From Phoronis australis (Eukaryota; Animalia; Phoronida), in assembly GCA_002633005.1 (NCBI GenBank), contig NMRA01000197.1:169351-233350 (forward strand): 64,000 nucleotides of DNA. The letters are read 5' to 3'. A model generated the notes under the pieces. That model ran no database searches and was not told where the DNA came from. It saw only the letters and a list, made by a program, of their open reading frames with translations. The position numbers and the translations under genes were made by a program. Shown here piece after piece: positions 1 through 13,800 of this stretch (position 1 is the stretch's first letter; each line of letters opens with the position of its first letter).

Positions 1-67
1 GAGTCGGTGCCACGGGCAGAAAACGTATCTGCGTAAAGAAAGAGTTGCGTTTTCAAAACATTCAGAG

Positions 68-248
68 CATGAGCTCAAGGAGTACCTGAAAAAGAAAATA
101 AAACCGAATACCAAACAGAAACTTGTCCGTTGATCATATAGCTCATGGAAAACTGTTACCCCGAAGAAATGTGCAAAATACGAACGTCATTTACGGAAGG
201 TTGTACCAGAATTGATTCGTTGACGGCAGTGGAGCCGCCACGGGATAG
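68..248 (+). pseudogene. Degraded C-terminus of a Tc1-like DDE transposase
   Basis: Reads HELKEYLKKKIKPNTKQKLVR*SYSSWKTVTPKKCAKYERHLRKVVPELIR*...GAATG*. This resembles the Tc1-family tail after the NPIENxW motif (W-HELK...GxxTxY). It has in-frame stops and a frameshift. Confidence 0.7.
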
Positions 249-3200
249 TAAAAACACGGTGATGTGCAATAGTTAGCTGAATGGAAAGCTGAAGCGGAAA
301 AATTCAGAACACACGTTTTCTATTCAGGAATTGAAATCTCTGTAGAATCAAAAACAATTGACAACCAGGATTTATTGCGTCAGAAAACTTAGTATCACGC
401 CAGGAGAGAATTTTTTTCATGCCCGGAGACTACGTGGTCACCCATTATGCAATGATGGCAATCCAGTGTGTACCTATACATTGGCATCTATTGTAAAACG
501 TGGATTAGACGAACGAAATTCAACTGCATTTCCAAGATAATATGTCTTGTCGGCAAGAGGTTGAACATTTAGCCCTTGTTTATACGTATAGTACGAACAT
601 TATCACTTTGAAGGATCAATGCTTGGGGATGGTGACGGGGTGCCTTGTTCTGGCGTGTAAAGTTACTGACGTGGTAAGTTTTTGAACGTGGCTTATTAAA
701 TTTTCAGTTCGGTCGTATTTTATTTTGATCCTGAAGTGAAGAATTTTTGGTCCTCACTTCATACATTATAGGTGCTGATGTGATAAATTTCAGTCTTGAC
801 GTGGTGAATTTTAGTCTTTATTAGTTTTTTTTTTGGTCTTCTGTGTGAAAACAATCTCAATGTATTGGATTGTTTTAATTCCTGCTTAAGTAAAATATCT
901 GGTTTTGAGATATTTATTTTTGCTCCTGGAGAGTTAACATGTTTTGCTTGGTTTTAATCTTGTATAGAAAATATATGTTGTTAAATGTTGCAAATTAGGC
1001 CTCCCATAAATGTGAGAGAACAAGTTGTGTAGCAGCGTTCTGTGTAACTTCTTATATAAATCTAGGTGTTCGTGATTTAGTAATACTATGAAAAATGAGT
1101 AGTTAGGACTATGAAAAATGAGTAGTTGTGGATTCTTTTGAAATACCGTATCCTTTGTATATGCCTGGTGTAGATGGCTCAGTGTGATATTATGTAAGCC
1201 TTATTATCCTCTATGGCTTAACACCTATATATCTTCATTCATGCCTGGAGCTAGAGGTACTCCCAGGATCATCAAGCAAGTGTGTGTATGTTTTTAGTCT
1301 AATGAGGCGTGCTTCGAATGTACATTTAGTAATCATATTTTTACAGTGGTTCATATCAAACGGATTCATTAAATCCAGTAAATATTTTTGCAACTGCCGA
1401 TCTGCATATTAGACATGTATATTGCATCATACCTCATCAGAGTAAAACTTGTTATCAATCATAGTAGAAACATTTATTTTTATCATTGCCACAAGACGTT
1501 AACAAACGCAGTCAGTGTCTGTAACTGTTGTGTCTACATTGCTCATGAATTAAAGTCGGTCTAATTCCATTTCTATATCACTGATTCATGCCAAAGGTTT
1601 GAAATTGCGCCCCTTAAGAGTTTTGACTTGCCCTGGTGATCACTAGAATCCGATGCAATAAACTTATAGAAGTTGTTTTTTAACCAGGGTAATAGAGCTG
1701 AAAATTTTGTGCGTTTTCGTTTGCGAGAGTGTTTTTTTTGAATCACTGGGTTAATAATTTTTACGCTCTACATGAAAACACAGACAAGTTTTTTAGGATT
1801 ACCTGTACCAGGTTACCCCAAAAATATTAGTTTCAAAGTTTTACCCCCTGGAGTATACGCGAAACGCCAACAATTGTGTTCTTACGCCAAAGGGCTCGGA
1901 AGGCTCTAGCCTTGGTACGAAGGTGTTTACTAAATTAAATATACAAATTTGCGCCGTTGTGGGTAAAAAATGACCGAAAAATATCTTCCTAGAATAATCT
2001 AAATTATTTACCAGCGTTGCAAAATTTGGTTTTCTACAATTATTCTTCTGCTANCTTGGTACGAAGGTGTTTACTAAATTAAATATACAAATTTGCGCCG
2101 TTGTGGGCAAAAACTGACCGAATAAAATCTACCTAGAATAATCTAAATTATTTACCAGCGTTGCAAAATTTGGTTTTCTACAATTATTCTGCTGCTAAAA
2201 TTAGGGTATAACCTTTTGTGTCGACTTTCGACGCAATGAAATATTGCGTCACCTATTAGTCAGTTTCTTTTTCCCAGATTCTTCAATCAAACGTTCTCCC
2301 TCGAGGTTGCGTAATCGTCAAGACAAATGATCAGAATTGGTTTCACTTCATTATATGTTTTTGGAATTTTGATATCAGTGAACCAAATTTTGCTGAGATG
2401 TTGTCACCACATAATGGGAGATGTCGAAAACATTTTGAAAGTGGCGTGTGTCATGAATGAACTCTTTTCAAAACGACGACATACGTTTTTTCGTTACAAA
2501 AGGCAGAGAATTACGCAAGAAGATGACGTCGGATGTTTTTCGTTTAAACGGCCGTAACGAGCAACTTGAATGCCAATTGGCTTCCAGAGTTTGCATGCAA
2601 ACTTGCCGGTCTTGAGCTCACGTTGATACCAGCTTTTCGACGAGTTGACAAGCGTACAAGTAACTATCCGGGCTGTGTGAAATTTCGAGGTCTGTTTGAG
2701 CTCAATACGCAGTGGCACCTTGCTGTATTTTGAAAATAGTCTTCAAAGCTAGCTGGCTAGGTAGGAAGGCTCTAGCTAGGAAAATTTTTTTACTGCGAAA
2801 GTGACAACAATTTCAGAATGATGATGGATGATGGATTACACTATAAACCGATCACAGTCTTCCGTTTTCATGCGCCCATGATTTAATATCGGCGCTATGT
2901 TCAAACCATTGTTTATATTGTTCCTAAAATAAACGTGGGTTCTATTGCTGTACCAACATATTAGGAAATTATACAGAAAAAAACAATAATTATCTGTAGT
3001 AAAGCGCAATATACAGTGTGACGAAGTGATGATCAAGAGCAGTAACGGATGAGCGCAAATGCGTGCTGCTTGTTGAGAAATCCGCGGCATGAAAACATTT
3101 GAGGTCGTAAAATATCCAGTGTTGTATTCTGATTTTTATGCAATTTTGCTGTAAATTTCAAATTTCGTGCTTGTTTTTATGCATAATGCACTGCATAAAA

Positions 3201-3375
3201 AGTCTGATATCTAAAGTTAGAAATTATTTTTCCGCTATATCACTTAACGTTTGATTTTACCACGCCGTCATTAATTCAACATAAGGTATTCGGCTAGTGT
3301 AATGCCACGCACTTCGTATTTGTAGGTTGATTCGATTTTACGTCCATTTAATAGTTGAACAAAATTTGATAAACC

Positions 3376-3769
3376 GATGTCAAGACCGGAGTTGCCACTG
3401 CTAAACGAACAGCGAACAGTTAAATGTTTGTTTGTCCAAAGTTCACCCGCTAAGTCATAAAATTCTAATTGCCGACCAAGGACACGCTTAATCCAAATTG
3501 GTCGTCTACGCTAGGCGACCAATTAGCCGACCCAAGTGCCGACCACAGAGGCGACTAAGCAGACGGCTCCTAGATGTCAAGACCGGAGTTGCCACTGCTA
3601 AACGAACAGCGAACAGTTAAATGTTTGTTTGTCCAAAGTTCACCCGCTCAGTCATAAAATGCTAATTGCCGACCAAGGACACGCTTAATCCGAATTGGTC
3701 GTCTACGCTAGGCGACCAATTAGCCGACCCAAGTGCCGACCACAGAGGCGACTAAGCAGACGGCTCCTA
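3376..3769. repeat. 197-bp tandem duplication (2 copies)
   Basis: GATGTCAAGACCGGAG...GCAGACGGCTCCTA starts at 3376 and again at 3573; I count 3 substitutions between the copies. Confidence 0.9.
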
Positions 3770-5667
3770 GCCGACCGTTGTTGGTCGGCTGGTGGTCGGC
3801 TAGACGACCGGTCGACGGCCGGTCGTCGACCAATTTCCGACCGGTCGGCCAAAAATTCGTGATGTGTGCTGTATTGATAAATTCTTTTTGAGACACAGGG
3901 TCATGGTGGAAACTCTTTAAAACAGGAGTACGAGGGAAATGCCCTTATGGACTTTGTGGTAATTGATGAGATATTATCACGTTTTGCAGGGTGGAGCGAT
4001 CAGTTCACTCCCGTGTCGGTACACCAGTGTCTGTGAAAAACATCAGTCTCACTGAGCCTGACAAAGAGATGCAAGTTGAGGGAAAGCGCGAAGGTGGTGC
4101 TGGCTCTAACCAATCATAACGCAAGTACTGGATTGTAGTAGCCAATCATGAGTGAATGGTGGACGTCAATAACCAATCAGGATAGACTGCAGTGACCCAG
4201 CATGACTGAATGCTAGACTTTCAACCAATCAGGACTTAGTTCCTGATTTCAGTAACCAATCATGACTCATTGCTAAGCTGAACTGTAGTTCACGCAAAAA
4301 TACACAAACATTGGCGTAGATTATCTTTAAGTTCGACTGAAACACCTTACTGTGAGGTGAAAATGTTGATCATTTTGAAGATATGTTAAGAATTTTAAAT
4401 TGTTGGATATATCTTACTACAAAAGTATGATACAGTTATTGTAACATTTTTTGTGTTATATAATGTTGTTTATGGTACGTTTTACGGCGTCTCTGCCATT
4501 ATTGATAGTAGATAAGATATATTATAGAATTTGAAACTGTGACCTATGTATTGATCTCACATTAAGGATTTATCCAATCGAATCCGTGGCTTACATTTGA
4601 ACGTTGTTGTAAACAATTTACAAAGTTAACAGTTCTTCAGTTTGGACACAATATGGTGGGAAAGTGGATTTTGATTTTGCCAAATTTCTCTACAGCAGTA
4701 ACTTTAAGAAAACTGCAGCTTTGTTTAAATTTGCATAATTCAAATAATGGTGATGTCATCAAACAACATTTGATACAGTTTTGGGCAATAGTCACGGGGC
4801 GTCTCGCATTTTGAGAACCAGTTTGATGCCTGTTATTCAGTGGAGGAAACTGGTCCCCTGCAATATTGACTATTGTCATATTTTGTAAGACTTAAAATAT
4901 TTCAATACTTGTAATTTTAGCAAATTGTTTTGTCCCAAATTGAAGAACTTTTATGGTAGTCATATTTTCCCCCGACACAGAGTGATCTAACCTTGCCCCA
5001 TGTTGGTGGAGAATGGTGATACCTCTTACATGTATGCTGCTCTTCTGGACCTGTGACCACCACATTTTACTTGGGAGTCCAATTGTTTGTCACGCTTTTA
5101 GTATTTTTCTAATTTCTCGCAATGTAATTGGTCAATTTTCGAATCTAGTCTCAAGTAAAGTTTAGTGATCATGGGCCCTTGGTAAATATTTAATGTTGGC
5201 CTTAAAGACACCTTATTTAAGAGTTTACTCAGTCTGCCAAACATTCGGTCATTGTTTTACACACAATTTAATATTTTTGTTTTTGTTGCAATTTTCTGTT
5301 GAGGCTGTGGTGCTGGGCTTTGTTTAACATAAGGTTTGAATTGGCTTTTTAATCATTATTTCATTTGCTCTCGCCAAATTTTCGTTGTGTTTAAGCTATT
5401 AATAATTTTCATCAAACTAACACTATTTGAATGATATGTTGCGCAAAATGCTTGTTATGGTATAGTGTAATTAAAGCTGTGTTTTGCCCATTTAGCTGGC
5501 TTATGTTGAATTCTTGACCGAAGTGCATTGGGGCTTAAAAATATTGGATTTACCACACTCATTTGATCTTGAATTATTCCTGAATGGGCCGGCAACTCAA
5601 GTCACAATCAATGCGTACGTGCGCCATTTTTGAATCCAATATTTCATGGATGACCAACCCCACTAGC

Positions 5668-7279
5668 TTTTTATGCGCCCACATATTTATATGTGGACGC
5701 ATTATGCCGTCATCTCCGTCCGTCCGTCCGTCCGGGCGGCGTCCGTCCGGCGTCCGGCGTCTGCTGCTCTATCTCCAAAATCCTTTGACATACGTTCATG
5801 AAATTTGGCACATATGTTCCATTCATGAATGGGACGGCATGTGCGAAGTTTCGGACGGATCCGACTACCGGTGTGCCCCCTGGTGGCAATTTTAGTTTTT
5901 TACGCTTACCTTTGTATCTTCAAAAGTCCTGAACGGATTTTCATGAAATTTGGTATGTAGGCACCTAGTAGTGAGATGACGCTATCCTGCCGTTTTCAGA
6001 TGGATTCGACATAGTTTGCGCCACCTAGTGGCCATTTTTAGTGTTTTCGAGTCTGTTTTTGTGCGTCCACCCCTCTATCAACCAAACCGCTCAAAGGATG
6101 ATTGTGAAAATTGGCATGTATNNNNNNNNNNNNNNNNNNNNNNNNNNNNNNNNNNNNNNNNNNNNNNNNNNNNNNNNNNNNNNNNNNNNNNNNNNNNNNN
6201 NNNNNNNNNNNNNNNNNNNNNNNNNNNNNNNNNNNNNNNNNNNNNNNNNNNNNNNNNNNNNNNNNNNNNNNNNNNNNNNNNNNNNNNNNNNNNNNNNNNN
6301 NNNNNNNNNNNNNNNNNNNNNNNNNNNNNNNNNNNNNNNNNNNNNNNNNNNNNNNNNNNNNNNNNNNNNNNNNNNNNNNNNNNNNNNNNNNNNNNNNNNN
6401 NNNNNNNNNNNNNNNNNNNNNNNNNNNNNNNNNNNNNNNNNNNNNNNNNNNNNNNNNNNNNNNNNNNNNNNNNNNNNNNNNNNNNNNNNNNNNNNNNNNN
6501 NNNNNNNNNNNNNNNNNNNNNNNNNNNNNNNNNNNNNNNNNNNNNNNNNNNNNNNNNNNNNNNNNNNNNNNNNNNNNNNNNNNNNNNNNNNNNNNNNNNN
6601 NNNNNNNNNNNNNNNNNNNNNNNNNNNNNNNNNNNNNNNNNNNNNNNNNNNNNNNNNNNNNNNNNNNNNNNNNNNNNNNNNNNNNNNNNNNNNNNNNNNN
6701 NNNNNNNNNNNNNNNNNNNNNGTTTTTTTTGCGCCCATGGCTGTATCTCCCAAACCGTTTGCAGGATCTTTACTAAATTTAGCAAGTGTATTTATGTGAT
6801 GTTGACAACGGACGATGACGACTTTAGGATGATTCTGACTACCGGTATTCCTCTAGTGGCAATTTTAGTATTTGCCTCTAGTGGCAATTTTAGTATTTTA
6901 CATTGACCTCTGTATTTTCTTCAGGTGTGTACTTTGTGTTACTTCGTGACTATGAAGGATAAGTTCCAAGTAGAAATTTGTTTCTGGCATTCTAATGCTG
7001 TGCTAATCTCGTATGTTGGTAAATTTGTTTTTAATTCTATGTTTCTGTGGTGCTTTAAGCAACTGGTGTATAGGATGTGCTTGTATTATGAAGATTACTC
7101 ACATTTTGCCCCTAGCCTATTGAGGAGACAAGTACCATGCCTTTCCATTTTGCAAAGTACAACATACTACATATATGCCCTCTACTGGCCACTTTATGGT
7201 ACCAATAAACAACCCTAGAAGGATACCGTATACGGTGCAATTGTGGGCGCATTTCAACGCTCTGCGTTGCTCTTGTTTT
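5668..7279 (+). mobile_element. Non-autonomous Helentron-associated element (HINE/DINE-1-like), spans the assembly gap
   Basis: 5' T-run + ATGCGCCCACATAT with an adjacent inverted copy, a (TCCG)n microsatellite, repeated TTCATGAAATTTGG cores, a 3' subterminal IR TGTGGGCGCAT (about 7242), the hairpin CAACGC-TCT-GCGTTG and a TCTTGTTTT end. Confidence 0.8.
6122..6721. other. Assembly gap (600 N)
   Basis: Run of N characters. Confidence 1.
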
Positions 7280-7472
7280 GAATTGTTGGTAGTTTCGATG
7301 TTTTTGGTGGTAATGGAAGTAGGATAATGGTACAGCAAGGAATGTTAGGAGAATGCTTTTATGAGGTGTAAAAGGCTTACTTTGATTTTTGTTCTTAACC
7401 AGTGAAGTGAGATGTAATGCTGTTTTAATGGTGAGTGTAGAGATGAATTATCTGTTCACATGTTTCACATCT

Positions 7473-7639
7473 AATTGACCTATCGCTGACGGCTTAACTG
7501 ACCAATCATAACGCAGCATTCTTGAGAACACCTTTGTTTCCAAAGCCGCCATTTTACCTGACAAGTAACACGTTGCCGGGTAAAACTTTGTTTGTTTGTC
7601 GACTTTTCGAAAGGGGGCGGAGCTTGCGATACGTCAGTT
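7473..7639. mobile_element. About 167-bp MITE, internal-deletion derivative of the 28465-30533 element in the opposite orientation
   Basis: Ends are AATTGACCTATCGC...GCGATACGTCAGTT. Both halves match the reverse complement of the two termini of the larger element (GACCAATCA..ACGCAGCATTCTTG..GCCGCCATTTTACC and GGGGCGGAGCTTGCGATA). Confidence 0.75.
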
Positions 7640-10531
7640 GAGTACAGTAATATACAAAGATTCTGTTATTGTTTTACACTTAGTGGTGTTAAAGCTATCT
7701 TGTTGGTCTTGTCACTGTAGCTTCCATTAGGAATTTCATGCCAAAATGTTTTAGAACTTGGAAAAATTATTATTTTGATTTGTTGGCATGTTTTATACAT
7801 TGTCATGAGCAGTTTTGAGATTTTAAAAAAATAAGTGAGACATTTTCTAAACTTTAATTTATAGTGTCTATGTTTTTTAGCTATTGTCATTGACTGTTTT
7901 GAAAGTATATAGTAGCTGAACTCTTTTTGAGATGTGAGATTTTGTATTTTTTGTGTAAAATGTTTTTAGAAGTCTTCAAAGATCAAGTTAAGTGTTATAC
8001 AAATTTCCCGTCATGTTGAGTCTTGGCAGAACATTGCTTAACGAACAGCAAAACTTTGACATGGTGCAATGTTGATTTAGAAAATTATAATTGTCCGTAG
8101 TTCATCAACTTTGTATTGACACCATGTTATCTTAATTGCTTAGCTATGCTTCTGGCACATTCAAGTATGGATAAAAACTCTATGTTTGTTCAGACTTAAG
8201 ACTGAATTTTTACCCGTTCAAGATTGAAGTCATGCAGGTTTAGTAATTGCATTGCATTACAGGCTGTCTTGTTGCATTAAATTTTATGTCTTAGTCTTTG
8301 TGGAGAATGATATGAAATCGTAGATTTTGGTTTTAGAAAATCTATGACAAGAAATGAAAATGTTGCTGAGTCATCCACAGGAGTAGTTTGGTCCCGTAAA
8401 CTAGCAAACTTCCAGTTAATGTGTGTTAAGTTTGCATATTCCAGTCTAGCCGCAAACGAAGCAATAATTCCCATTCTGTCCATTGAGGAAACATGAAATG
8501 ATGACGGAACCTTAAATTTTGGTAGACTGAAGCTGTTATATTGTGCATTACTACTGTTGAATTTTATTAAAGAGCCAATGAACACTATTTTGCCAGTTGT
8601 CTTTACATAACACTTCATTGCCACATGATGTCCGATATGTTAACTTGGCTTGTACACAGACTAATCACAAGTGTTCTAATCTCGACAAACTAGTCACCAC
8701 TGCAAATTACAAAATTGTTTTATTGTATATCTGTACTCGTGTCAAACCTTGAAATGTGATATGTAGAGGTTTGATTATAATATGCCACTGTCACAAAGTG
8801 TCACTTAAAAGGGGAACGCAACTACAGTTTTTAATGTTCCGTTTTATTAAAAATACAGATGTCAGGTTACCTCCGTGTTAAGTACATAACTGTCCCCCAA
8901 ACATACGTTTACTTTCCATGGTACAAATGGTACAATGTTACAACACAGACAATCCCACATTTTGACATGCATTCACGTCTGGTGAACAATGTCGCCATCA
9001 GACACACTCTGTTGGTTATTCATGTTTGCTCAGAAGTGACTGTAGAACCAAAATAGGAGCTGTTTGCTGAGCTGTCTGTTGTATAGATAGTAAACTCAAG
9101 TCAATGGAACAATAACAAGAGAAAATCTCTCCAAAATAACCACAGATCTCTATTTTTACTAAAAGTAACACCAAAAACAGTTTATTTCCCCTTTAATGCA
9201 ATGGCTTCTGATTCACACATTGTCAAAATAGAAAATACCTTCTAGCTGTTTTTCTTCAAACCATGATATTTATTGTTCAAAGGCTCATATGTTTAAAAGT
9301 GAGCTATATTAGGGATTTTAACATTTTATTGTAAATTAATTTACTAAATAACACAACTTTATTGCAAAACATTACATTTTAAACATTATTACAAGCTCAT
9401 AGTCTCCAACAGATCCGTGTCACGTTTCCAGCTAGTATGTGGTCTACTATGTATCACTTGATCACTGCTCCTGTTTGGCACTCACCACATTTAACATGCA
9501 TTTTCATATATGCCACAAATCAAACTATCAACTGCAATAGTCAAATAAGACCCTGAGATTCTTAACTATTAACTTAGACATTGGGGTTGGCATCGTAATG
9601 AATAAAAAGGTCATTAAGACGAGATTCAACTTTTTGGCTTTGAGAGCCCTCTTAGTGGTTTAATGGACAACCAATCAAAATGGTTTATCCATTGCGACGT
9701 TAGATATCAACATGAGAAAAGTTTTATGTAACATTGTACGACAAAACAGCAGAAATATATTGTAACCACATCATATTGCAAAAATGTGTTTAGCAAAGTT
9801 CGTGAAATATGAAAGCAATTCTACCCTGATACCCTCAATGGTCAAGCTTCGACAACTTAACCAGTTTGCTGCATTTAAAATCCAACGCTACCTTCAAAGA
9901 CACCCTCCAGCTTCAGCTGATTTTATTGTTCTCTGGAGATTAGCTTGCACACTAAGGTGCGAAGTTTCTCATCATAAACATGCTTGTAAACACTGGGGGT
10001 GTCGATAATTATTTTAAATTTTCAATTACAAAGTTTCCAAATAACATATTTAAATAGTTTGTGGAAAGTACATGTGGTTTAGAATTTTGAATTCGAAAAT
10101 CATAAAATTTGACTTTTATGAACCAAAACTAGAAAGAAGTCTACAGCTATCATTCTGCTTCCGATTCTGCTGGGCCCGGAATGAAACAGGTCACAAACAA
10201 GTCATAAACCAGCAGCTGGAAACTGCTGGAGGAAAGCCAAGTGTCAGTACAGTTCTGGGTACGACACTGTCGGCATTTTGTGCAGTGCTGTCACACAATA
10301 AGTTGACTAAGCTGATGCACACAATAGCCCAATTAAAGTTCATATCTCAAGAATGTAATGATAATTGACAGACACTGATTTCACAACTGGCCTCTGGAAA
10401 CCGAAAGATAAACTTTTGTTCATGTGAAAAAGAAGTTCAGATAAATATGACTCACTAAGTGAAAATATGTCATTATAAAATGGCAAAATTCTGATCAGCC
10501 CTAATCACAATCCAAACCCATCTAATAAAGT

Positions 10532-10820
10532 TCAATAAACTCTGTTCAAGTCCAAATGGAAGTTTCTCCGAGATTTCTCTCTGCAGTTAGCAGACACAGG
10601 CATCACATTATCAGACGTCTCGTGTGCCAAGGCAATACTTGTTCGACTAGCACGAATCACGTTCAGCACAAGTATCTTGCAGTCTCTACAAATGTCCATC
10701 AGAGGTCCTTCTAGTTCCACCTTGGCCGATTTCTCTAGACTATCATCAGCCATGCAGGGTTCGGAAAGTTTTCTCTTACTTTTCCGCTCTGGAAGAGGTG
10801 ATGACGGAACAGAGCCAGTG
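10532..10820 (-). CDS. spire: Spire exon 15 (last; end of modified FYVE and C-terminus)
   Basis: TTTCCAG acceptor, phase 2 entry; reads [14 protein letters not shown]...[23 protein letters not shown]...LNRVY*. Confidence 0.88.
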
Positions 10821-13800
10821 CTGGAAATAAAAAATCACATACCATGAGAGAAGGTAACCCTGTCTGGACTTTCCAACACAGAATACCTTGATATGTGGCA
10901 TGAAGAAGTCTTCTGGTTGCCTGGTAACTTAATTGCACATTTCTGACCAAATTTCCAATTGAAGCAGCCCCCCAATTATGTTTGAAGGATTACACACTTA
11001 AGTCATGTCCAGGTGCCAGGGAAGCGTTAAAAGCATCAACTTTTTTACAATGCATATTTGCTCTATCAAAGCAATGTCATCATTCATATCCATGGAAATA
11101 AATCGTAATTCCAAACATGGCTACAACATGGCTACACTGGCTGGCTGACTGACACTAACTCTCTGCAACAAGCAATTTTCAAGACTAGAAATTATTTCCT
11201 ATCTGAAAAAGGAAGAAAACGAGGAGGCTGACTTTATGACAGTAAGTAAAATAAATAAAAAAATATTGGTCTTTAACACAAGCCATGGCTGTATTGCCCT
11301 TTAAAGGAGAGAAACAGTGCTTTTTACACATCCCAGTTATTGCTTTCCCTTTGAAATTCAAAATCTCCATTCACTCCTAACATCTGTACACTAACAAAAG
11401 CTTAACAGAGCAGAGACACACTAGTGCAATGCTCACCTGTCTGTCTGTATTAAGAGAGCAGAGACGCACTAGTGCAATGCTCACCTGTTTGTCAGTATTA
11501 ACTACAGCTCAGGGTCTTATTTGTACTCGAAACAGAACTCAAAATTAGTTTTGGCATTTTCCGTCCTATTTGTACTGATGCGAGCTCAAGATATGTGTCC
11601 AACATTCTGTCAAGGAGTACATTATGTTTCACATGAATGACTGTCTGATCCTAGTTTGCACCTGATGACCCCAGCATCAAAGCTAAAAGTTTGTACCTTG
11701 AATCTACAAGTCATCAAGTACGAATTAGAAACTTGGACTAGAAACTCAAAATGCATACAGACACTTCAGTTCACACAAAAAAGAACAGGAAATGTCAATA
11801 ATAATTGTAAACTTGATTTCAAGTACAAGGACCAGACACAAGACCTAGGGTTTTCAAGAAAGAGAGAGTTCTTTGCTAAAACCAGAAGGCAGCACTGTCC
11901 CATTTATGCAGCCAAATGACACACACACTATAATGCTCCTAGAAAAAAATATTCGCTGCCCTTTTTTATGGGCATCCACAGTATTCTCAAATGTACTGTG
12001 CATGCTCTCTGAAGCACAAAATCTACTATTTCTAAGAAAAATCAAGATAGAAACTTAAAACAACAAATGACCTTCAGCCTCATTCCCAAATAGGGAAATA
12101 GTATTAATCAAATTATAGAACAATAGAATGGTCAATTAGCCTCATGCCTTCACTTGGAATGATTACTTTTGATAAGTGCAAATCAAAACAACACAAAAAA
12201 AGTGATCACTCAAATAAATTCCATGTCTCAACATAATAGCCATACTTCCTAGTTGGGTACGAGTTCCTTAAAAATATTAAAAGACATCACATAAGTTTGT
12301 AATGATTGACAAGATTTCACCAGCCTCACCTCTCCTTTGCACGTATTGCATGGGTTGAATTTGGACTGAGTGGACCAGGACTTAAGGTATACACTGGAAT
12401 ACTCTCAAAGTGATCTGTGGGGATTCTCATCTGAAAAATATGTTGATTACATGCTCTCAGATACGTTCAAGCAGAGAAAACACACAAATTTTACCGCGTG
12501 GTTTTTTTTGTACAGTCCGCCATTTTAACAAAATGGTGGCATCATGAGTAATGTTTCAAATGAAACTTAGGATATAAACTTGTGATTACTGTAAAGTGGT
12601 AAACTATCACCATTCAAACATGTCTACTTTGGCGCCCAATTTTGTTGAGAAATGGAGGTATGTGTCATAGGATGAGAAATAATGGATGAAAATTCTCAAA
12701 AAGTAAAAATTTTCTACATCTCTCCAAACCAAACTCATTTGCTAAGTCTCAAAAAAAATTGTGATTTTGGGTATCTGTTGGTTTTTATATGGAGTCACTC
12801 TTAAAAAATGACGTTCAACAAATGTCATGAAGAAGATGCGTTTTGTACGAAATACCATCTCCAAAAAACTTCGAATGGAGAAAAATGGTTGACTTTCAGA
12901 AAACTAAGACTTAACTTTCATCATCTGATTCCTGTTTGTGACTGAAAGCTCTGACCAGCTTAATACCACAGCATTGTGTACCAACACAATAGGCTTGTTT
13001 GAAAAGTTTAATCAAATGTGATACTAGATCAGATCCTGATGTTGGAAATTTCTTGGTTTTAACAGTCCAATGCAATAGTGCCTAACATAAGTCTCTGAAG
13101 GGAATGTTATGTAATGCCTTAGGAATATTTAAGGGGCTGGAAAACCCTAGAAAAATTTCCAAATTTGGTCAAATTCAGAGCATCACGTCTAAGAGATGGA
13201 TGGTGCTCGGAAGCTTTATGCTTTATGCAAAGTTCTCCACAATATTAGAACATTTTTTTTAAAATGTGACATGAAAAACTCATAAGTAGCAAATAAAAAA
13301 TGATAATTTAGAAAACTGCAACAGAATAGAAGAGATTTGGTCTTGATCATTTAACAATATATTGAACAATATATCAACGTACCTTCCTTTGTGAAATTTT
13401 ACTAAAAGGACATTTGTGACCAAATTAATGGCAGACTGATAAAATCAAAAAATCAAATTCTACAGGTTGTCTTTTTTCAGAAAATTATACTATTACTGAC
13501 TTTTTTGTCAATACTTTCCAACATAACCATTAAGGTTATGAAGTCAAATCGACCTGTTGAGTGATGACAAAGTAAGTGGTGAACATTCAACACTTGCTAT
13601 GATTGTGTGTATCCCTTAAACAACACTTATGGAACTTCTAAACATTAGCGACACCTATGTGTGAACTTTCCTACCTTTTTAATACAGCTTTGACACACTT
13701 TCCGCCTGCAGAACTTGCATTTGGTTCCCCATGGACCAAACAGTGTGAACTTTGTTCTTTTACACGTGAAACAGACCTTTTAAAAATTAACGTAAACATC

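Noticed and set aside
660-690. Strong donor-like GTGGTAAGT suggesting a + strand first exon
   Set aside because: No supporting downstream exon or recognisable coding sequence.
1911-2197. About 143-bp direct repeat separated by a single N at 2054
   Set aside because: Typical of overlapping contig ends or two haplotypes joined at a scaffold gap; likely an assembly artefact.
6016-6906. Long ORFs of 220-296 aa in the ORF track
   Set aside because: They consist of X residues from the N gap.
12450-13620. Possible Kolobok-like element ending GTGTATCCC|TTAA
   Set aside because: No matching left terminus found; boundaries cannot be supported.
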